A stretch of 64,000 nt of DNA from Daphnia carinata (lineage: Eukaryota): positions 9,796,001 through 9,860,000 of the forward strand of contig NC_081333.1 in the NCBI RefSeq assembly GCF_022539665.2. The letters are read 5' to 3'. Within the stretch, counting starts at the first letter, position 1; every line of letters begins with the position of its first letter. Positions 1-6,860 of this stretch are shown here, piece after piece. The position numbers and the translations under genes were made by a program. The notes below the pieces were generated by a model. That model saw nothing but the letters and a program-made list of their open reading frames with translations. It ran no database searches and had not been told where the DNA came from.

Positions 1-1
1 T

Positions 2-115
2 AGACGTGAAAGCCATGATCGCAGCAAAAAACATCAAAATAAAGTACGTGCATTACGTAAAATGATGTTAGAAGATGAAAAAGATGGTGAAGAAAGCATT
101 GATGATATTGAATAA
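2..115 (+). CDS. 3' end of an ORF entering from the left edge (RRESHDRSKKHQNKVRALRKMMLEDEKDGEESIDDIE*), product unknown, possibly TE-encoded
   Basis: Open frame from base 2 to TAA 113-115 with a basic-then-acidic tail. About 160 bp downstream is a C-rich tract ending at TTAA (274-277). Confidence 0.35.
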   Translation, partial: RRESHDRSKKHQNKVRALRKMMLEDEKDGEESIDDIE

Positions 116-273
116 AAAGACTTTTGTCCACTTTCTGGAGTGAAATAATTTAAATTGCTTTCTGGAAATATACGGATAAAGACGATTTCTACTTTTTGGA
201 CCATGGCTTTTTTAAACGACATCATGAAATCGATTCGGAACTTTATGACGCACCCTCACCTCACACCACCCCC

Positions 274-873
274 TTAACCCCTTTACTATTGGCTCGAAAA
301 CTATAGGGCCAATTGCAAAATAAAATTCCAAAAGTAATTCCAAATGACTGCACGTCTTTTACATTTTTTGGCTTTATTGTTTTTTTATATGATAATATAT
401 GATTTCGATGTAAAATTGTAGTACGCAGCGCTGTAGCGTACTGGCGCGCTATAAGTCTTCGATTCAGTGTATTGCAATTTGCAACATGCCAAAAAAAAGT
501 ATATTTTTTTAGTTTATTTTGAAAACGGCTGGTTTAAGGAGAAAAACTCTTACATAATCGAACTCAGCGTTCAATTTTGGCTATCCCGTGTGATTTTTAC
601 CGAATTCCAAGGGATTTCGTTTTTTGCCGATTTTGACAAAATGAAAAGGCTATAAGCCTTCTCACTTTTTCATTTTTGGCCAAATTTCAAATTTCGCTTT
701 TAATATACGATTTCGATGTAAAATTGAATGCTAATTATGAAAATGAAGTTTATTTTTCAATTGGCCTTATAGTTTTTGAATTAAACTTAAAAAACAAAAA
801 CGTCGGGCTTATTTTTCTCAGCTAAAAAAGTCGGGCTTAAAAAGTCGGGCTGAAATATTTTTTGCTATAAAAC
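274..873. mobile_element. Transposon/MITE-like repetitive flank left of the palindrome
   Basis: Inverted pair ~294-328 (cgaaaactatagggccaattgcaaaataaa) and ~746-780 (tttatttttcaattggccttatagtttttga). Direct motif ATATAYGATTTCGATKTAAAATT at 395-417, 703-725 and 6113-6135. GTCGGGCT three times at 802, 830 and 844. Confidence 0.4.
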
Positions 874-1105
874 ATAATATTTATGGCAATCCGTTTTATA
901 TGGCAATCCGTTTTACATAAAAAAAAAAAATGGCGGAAAAAAAAAAAAAAATCGCACTTTTTTCTCTTTTTTCTACCCGTAGCCATCTATCAGTCGGTTT
1001 CGTTATTACAGGCATGTAAGCAATTTGAGTTAATTGTATCCCATTAGCAGTTAATTGAGTAGCGTGGCTGGAGAACAACGCGTGGCTGGAGGAGCAATTG
1101 AAAAA

Positions 1106-2482
1106 ATGGATAAGATAATAAAACAAAAAAATGGTAAGTATAAACATTATTATATTGGTTTTCAATTATTAATTATTGTTTATTAAATCAAATTATGAAG
1201 CTGCAGGCCCAATTATTGGAACAACACAAAATATTAGATAACAGCAAAGCTAAGGATGGTAAGGCCTAATACGTAATGATTCTATTTATTTGCTTTTATT
1301 CATTTGTGTTTTGTAGCTCAAATTTTGAGTCTACAAGCTCAGCTAGGGGAAAAGAACAAATTGGAACAGAACAGTTTCCAAACAGTGAATGAGGTTTTTC
1401 CAAACTCATCCCTAACTGAACATGAGGATGAGTTGGTATTAGGCGAACACAGTCAGGTACCCTTGCAAAATAAGTATAGAATTTTAACAAACAATTATTT
1501 ATTGTTTAGTTATTCAGTCTACCACCTGACAGTGTGTTAAAGTTAAATTCTGTTAGTGCTGCACTAAAAGAATTGTTAGTAATAAGTCCATGCAGCGAAG
1601 GAAGTGAACAATTGTGGGACCGTATTTGGGCTGAAAATGGGTGTGGTACTGAAACCTAGAAATAGCATGAGTTCAACATAAAACATCAATTAGGTACTTT
1701 TCGGTTTTTTGTCTATCGAAAAAGTATTTTTAATGCTATTATTTTGCATTCACAGAATTTTAGTGGGGGATCAAGTCAAGTCTAGAAGTGTTACAGGATG
1801 GAAGAGTGAGCCTACAGTTGAAAAACACTGAGAGTGCATTACCATTAAGGTATGAGGTAAAGTAATAGAGTATGCAAATTGTCTAATGAGAAGTACCATC
1901 TTGTGTGAATGAATCCTGTGTAACAGCAATCCTTTATAGTTCTGTCACAGCTAGAAGCCTCAAATAATTCTGCTTCTCTTGCTAAAGAACAACTTGTCCT
2001 TTACGTTCAGAGTGTTGGTGAAGCTGGGTACTTAAATGGCCCTAAAGATGTTTCATTTTGTTGGCATTGCAGCGATGAACATCATACATGGACTTTTTAG
2101 GTATGAAAGGAATTTTCTTGAAAATTTTTTGAATTTATGACAAAGCATTTCTCCTCCTTTTTGCCACCCATGTCTAATCTAAAAAAAAAAAATTTTATCC
2201 AATAGGAAAGGATTTTCAGCATACTGGGAACACAACTATAAACAATGCAACATTCTATGGGTGCTATTTTATCATTCAAGAGCCTTATACAATGATTTTC
2301 ATCTGCAATTTGTATGTCCTTCCCCAAGCTTCCACCAGAAGTTGAATCTATGAGTCATGTAAGTTACATGATCAACAGTTGATATGTTTAACGGTGTTGT
2401 TTTTCTTTTCTCAATATAGGTTAATAGTAACATTGGATCTGAAAAAATTCTTGGTTGGGGCAAGACACTGAATAAATTGTAA
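1106..2482 (+). pseudogene. Decayed multi-exon gene in the left arm with a coiled-coil N-terminus (KD.QI..LQAQL repeats)
   Basis: Exons 1106-1133, 1187-1258, 1317-1456, 1510-1693 and further short GT-AG-bounded segments to ~2482. The first four exon phases are consistent. In-frame stops in exon 4 and later; intron-1 acceptor mutated to AA (1185-1186). Confidence 0.6.
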
Positions 2483-2568
2483 TGATTGAATGGATGACAT
2501 GACATTTCTATACTTAATTCGGATTCCCGAGACGGTATTTTATATTAAAAAAATTGAAGTGCATATCT

Positions 2569-3030
2569 GGGCTCCCTTCCTTTCCGTAGCCCCGTTTCCC
2601 CTTGACTCGTAATAAGCCCGTAGGGGGTCATGCCCCTACTGTACGGTATATATAAAAACAACATATACCGAGGTTTGGAGGGCTCTGGCCGGAAAGGGGA
2701 CGTGGGGTGCCGCTTAGTTCGATGATGTGTTCACGGAGGGCGATGTGGCTACCCACAAATCCGAACTAAAGGTTAATCGCTCCTGTAAAAATGTTCCAAA
2801 TCTTCAGCTCTTCTTCCGGCTTCTCTTAGCCAATCACCGGGTAATCTCCCCGGTGGGTCAACAAGGCAGTGTCTCCCCCTGCCTGGGTTGACGGCAACTT
2901 TTGAAGGGCTATTGTGCCTTTTTAAAGTTGCAAAAATAATTGTAATGTGCAGAGAATTGTCAATAAATTTTTTTTTATAAAATTTTTTTGCAAATTTTGT
3001 TTCTTTCACTTTCTGTTTTCACACATTACA
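2569..3030 (-). ncRNA. Candidate structured RNA domain, left-arm copy
   Basis: Mirror of 3745-4207 with the same run of hairpins. Confidence 0.35.
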
Positions 3031-3139
3031 TTTATAATCTTTTTTTTATTTAGCTTTCTCAATTCTCGTTTATTGTTTATGCCTCGTTTAATTGTAAGCA
3101 TGGTTTCCTGTAAGCATAGTTTATCTGTAAGCATGCAAT

Positions 3140-3210
3140 TATTATCCAGGGATCGAACCCTTGATGTTCGGCATTCCGCGCCGATGCTTTACCAATGAGC
3201 CATGAATCAT
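3140..3210 (-). other. tRNA-like (pseudo-tRNA / SINE-head) cassette 1
   Basis: Minus strand: A-box TGGCTCATTGG, anticodon-like stem TCGGC-GCGGAAT-GCCGA, B-box GGTTCGATCCC. No convincing acceptor stem and no U33. Confidence 0.65.
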
Positions 3211-3323
3211 ATGATGTCAAGTTGGCTTTTTTCTAGTCACTTGCGGACTTGTATTTACACTTTGAATAAAACTGAAATGCAATACTGCAATATTATTTTC
3301 TCCATTTAGATGTAGATTTTTAT

Positions 3324-3394
3324 ACATCTAGTAAGGTTTGAACCCAGGGTAACAGTTATCGCAGCTGAATGCTCTACCACAGAGCTATGGACAT
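3324..3394 (-). other. tRNA-like cassette 2, near the palindrome centre
   Basis: Minus strand: TAGCTCTGTGGTAGAGC (D-arm GCTC/GAGC, A-box) and B-box GGTTCAAACC. Anticodon and acceptor stems are degenerate. Confidence 0.6.
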
Positions 3395-3489
3395 CATAAA
3401 AGCAATACAAAGATAAACATATAGTTGTGAAAGACTGCATAAACATCCTAGACGATAACATATGATATGCGATAATAAAAAATTCAGAT

Positions 3490-3562
3490 GTATCTCGTGG
3501 CTCAATGTTAGAGCATCGGCGTTGCACGCTGAATGTCTGAGGATCGATTCCCATGCCAGTAA
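3490..3562 (+). other. tRNA-like cassette 3, tRNA-Ala(TGC)-like
   Basis: TGGCTCAATGTTAGAGC D-arm; stem TCGGC-GTTGCAC-GCTGA with TGC at the anticodon position; GGATCGATTCC T-loop, an A54-type loop as in some eukaryotic tRNA-Ala. Acceptor stem does not pair. Confidence 0.6.
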
Positions 3563-3744
3563 AACAATATACAAATACAAAATTACTTCAGAAAATATCA
3601 AGGTATTACACGTTGTTCCTTGTCTAAGTTCATCAATTCAAAAAGTGTAATAAATAATAATTGAATACTTACAGATAAACGATACAACGGTGGCAAAAAC
3701 AATAAAATTGAATTGCGCAAGCTGAATAAAAAAAAATTGATAAA

Positions 3745-4207
3745 TGTAATGTGTGAACACAGACAATGAAGGCAACAAATTTTGCAAAAAAATTTTATAT
3801 AAAAAAATTTATTGACAATTCTCTGCACATTACAATTATTTTTGCAACTTTAAAAAGGCACAATAGCCCTTTCAAAAGTTGCCGTCAACCCAGGCAGGGG
3901 GAGACACTGCCTTGTTGACCCACCGGGGAGATTACCCGGTGATTGGCTAAGAGAAGCCGGAAGAAGAGCTGAAGATTTGGAACATTTTTACAGGAGCGAT
4001 TAACCTTTAGTTCGGATTTGTGGGTAGCCACATCGCCCTCCGTGAACACATCATCGGACTAAGCGGCACCCCACGTCCCCTTTCCGGCCAGAGCCCTCCA
4101 AACCTCGGTATATGTTGTTTTTATATATACCGTACAGTAGGGGCATGACCCCCTACGGGCTTATTACGAGTCAAGGGGAAACGGGGCTTCAGAAAAGAAG
4201 GGAGCCC
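3745..4207 (+). ncRNA. Candidate structured RNA domain, right-arm copy
   Basis: About ten stems: 3745-53/3826-34, 3844-51/3875-82, 3884-97/3907-19, 3921-27/3935-41, 4007-15/4054-62, 4019-23/4028-32, 4076-82/4173-79, 4106-13/4125-32, 4137-43/4150-56, 4158-62/4168-72, 4184-90/4201-07. G-U wobbles work only on this strand. Confidence 0.4.
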
Positions 4208-4293
4208 AGATATGCACTTCAATTTTTTTAATATCAAATACCGTCTGGGGAATCCGAATTAAGTATAGAAATGTCATGTCATCCATCCAATCA

Positions 4294-5687
4294 ATACAAT
4301 TTATTCAGTGTCTTGCCCCAACCAAGAATTTTTTCAGATCCAATGTTACTATTAACCTATATTGAGAAAAGAAAAACAACACCGTTAAACATATCAACTG
4401 TTGATCATGTAACTTACATGACTCATAGATTCAACTTCTGGTGGAAGCTTGGGGAAGGACATACAAATTGCAGATGAAAATCATTGTATAAGGCTCTTGA
4501 ATGATAAAATAGCACCCATAGAATGTTGCATTGTTTATAGTTGTGTTCCCAGTATGCTGAAAATCCTTTCCTATTGGATAAAATTTTTTTTTTTTAGATT
4601 AGACATGGGTGGCAAAAAGGAGGAGAAATGCTTCGTCATAAATTCAAAAATTTTTAAAGAAAATTCCTTTCATACCTAAAAAGTCCATGTATGATGTTCA
4701 TCGCTGCAATGCCAACCAAATGAAACATCTTTAGGGCCATTTAAGTACCCAGCTTCACCAACACTCTGAACGTAAAGGACAAGTTGTTCTTTAGCAAGAG
4801 AAGCAGAATTATTTGAGGCTTCTAGCTGTGACAGAACTATAAAGGATTGCTGTTACACAGGATTCATTCACACAAGATGGTACTTCTCATTAGACAATTT
4901 GCATACTCTATTACTTTACCTCATACCTTAATGGTAATGCACTCTCAGTGTTTTTCAACTGTAGGCTCACTCTTCCATCCTGTAACACTTCTAGACTTGA
5001 CTTGATCCCCCACTAAAATTCTGTGAATGCAAAATAATAGCATTAAAAATACTTTTTCGATAGACAAAAAACCGAAAAGTACCTAATTGATGTTTTATGT
5101 TGAACTCATGCTATTTCTAGGTTTCAGTACCACACCCATTTTCAGCCCAAATACGGTCCCACAATTGTTCACTTCCTTCGCTGCATGGACTTATTACTAA
5201 CAATTCTTTTAGTGCAGCACTAACAGAATTTAACTTTAACACACTGTCAGGTGGTAGACTGAATAACTAAACAAGAAATAATTGTTTGTTAAAATTCTAT
5301 ACTTAATTTGCATTCTTATTTGAAAAGTTTATGTACCTGACTGTGTTCGCCTAATGCCAATTCATCCTCATGTTCAGTTAGGGATGAGTTTGGAAAAACC
5401 TCCTTCACTGTTTGGAAACTGTTCCATTCCAATTTGTTCTTTTCCCCTAGCTGAGCTTGTAGACTCAAAATTTGAGCCACAAAACACAAATGAATAAAAG
5501 CAAATAAATAGAATTATTACGTATTAGGCCTTACCATCCTTAGTTTTGCTGTTCTCTAATATTTTGTGTTGTTCCAATAATTGGGCCTGCAGCTTCATAA
5601 TTTGATCTAATAAACAATAATTAATAATTGAAAACCAATATAATAATGTTTATACTTACCATCCTTTTGTTGTATTATCTTATCCAT
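4294..5687 (-). pseudogene. Mirror copy of the decayed multi-exon gene in the right arm
   Basis: Reverse complement reads MDKIIQQKD|DQIMKLQAQLLEQHKILENSKTKD|AQILSLQAQLGEKNKLEW. Intron-1 acceptor intact (5607-5608), intron-2 acceptor mutated to GG (5477-5478). Shares the exon-4 stops. Confidence 0.6.
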
Positions 5688-6248
5688 TTTTCAATTGTTC
5701 CTCCAGCCACGCGTTATTCTCCATCCACGCTACTGAACTAACTGCGAATGGCATCCAATGGACTGAAATTGTCTATGCCAGTAATAGCGAGTCTGAGCGG
5801 TAGATGGCTACGTGTCGGAAAAAAAGAAAAAAGTGTGATTTTTTTTTTTTTTTGCGAAATTTTTTTTTTTCTTTTTGTGTAAAACGGATTGCCATAAATA
5901 TTATTACATCTAGATAACTACAGATGAATAAGATTCAAGATTTGTCCGGGAACACAAATATGAACTTTATTTTTACGTAGATTTTATGGTTTTTGGGTAA
6001 TTTAAAATATAAAAGTAGGTGCGATAGAAATACTAAGCCCAACAAAATAAGCCTCAGAAAATAAGCCCAATTTTTCCTATTTAAATATTATATCACAAAA
6101 ATCTAGATAACTATATATGATTTCGATTTAAAATTTTACAAGGAAAACGAAAATAAATTTTGCTTTGACGCTCCGGTCATAATCGCTAAGTTTGTCAAAT
6201 TCAACTACATACTACTAAGAAAGTACGAAATTGAGATGCAAAATGTGG

Positions 6249-6254
6249 TTTATT
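6249..6254 (-). promoter_or_regulatory. Candidate AATAAA polyadenylation signal of the RhoGEF gene
   Basis: tttatt on + is AATAAA on -, about 600 nt downstream of the stop codon at 6861. Confidence 0.35.
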
Positions 6255-6860
6255 CGTCCAATTTCAGAAGTCCTGGAGAAACGAGGAATATTAAACTTTT
6301 AGATACGGAATAATTGAATAATACAAAGCAAAATAGTAACGCATTGATAATGCGATATGCATAGGAAAGTGACCTCCCTCAAATGCTAAAAGGGAGCAGT
6401 CAAGATGTTTAAATGAAATAATAGTAGCTGACTAGTCAGAAGACATCAATTACAATGTGCACGACCGAGACAAAATTGAGAAGATGAAGAAAGAAACATG
6501 ATTTTGCAGCACCAAAAGCCAATATAGATACAAAACGTAGGTAGACAATTATTTGCGTGACGCCACAAATATTAAAACAAGTATGTAAATGGAAATTCTT
6601 ATGCGTCATCACAATCATTTAAGAAATAACATTAAAATCCAGTTGCAATTACATAGGTGTCAATCCTTTGCCTCTTGACGCAGTTTATGACAAAAATTTA
6701 AATAAGTATGACCCCCAACAAGTTGGACTTCGGAGTCGTTCAAGCGTCGTTTCACCAAATGCGCTTTGGGCTTACAACCAACACAGAATTTGTTGAGGGA
6801 TACAGTTGGGAGTTTTTTGTTCTTTGGAATACAAGTGGAAAGTTTTTCCTAATATTTGCG

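Larger units (their letters stand above)
874..5904. repeat. Large palindrome (inverted duplication / foldback-like element), arms ~874-3145 and ~3654-5904, spacer ~500 bp
   Basis: Arms are reverse complements: 874 ataatatttatggcaatccgtttta versus taaaacggattgccataaatattat ending 5904. Mirrored ORFs 2299-2505(-)/4271-4477(+) and 2097-2327(-)/4449-4679(+). Inner ends gtttatctgtaagcatgcaattattat and ataataattgaatacttacagataaac. Confidence 0.97.

Noticed and set aside
874..884. Target-site duplication around GGCAATCCG termini
   Set aside because: Flanks ataatatttat and ataaatattat are exact inverted, not direct, repeats, so they are part of the arms.
3140..3562. Functional tRNA genes
   Set aside because: Acceptor stems pair poorly or not at all, and anticodon loops lack the canonical Y32/U33 pattern; treated as tRNA-derived cassettes.
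3140..3562. Dada-type tRNA-targeting transposon
   Set aside because: Dada elements insert into small-RNA genes and lack long TIRs; here the tRNA-like units are internal, uninterrupted, and no transposase is visible.
3998..4010. Telomerase RNA template for TTAGG (TAACCT) in the structured block
   Set aside because: Only 6 nt match, too short to be a template plus alignment region, and expected by chance.
3874..4165. RNase P/MRP P4 motif (AAAGTTGCCGT ... ACGGGCTTATT), or a hammerhead core (CTGAAGA at ~3969)
   Set aside because: P4 would need a 2-nt bulge and competes with local hairpins, with no clear P1. The hammerhead lacks a properly placed GAAA and stems. An Rfam search is needed.
4271..4679. 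ORFs MSCHP.../MGKDIQ... and their mirrors at 2097-2505
   Set aside because: They lie antisense to the splice-signal-bearing strand of the decayed gene, and their duplication is explained by the palindrome.
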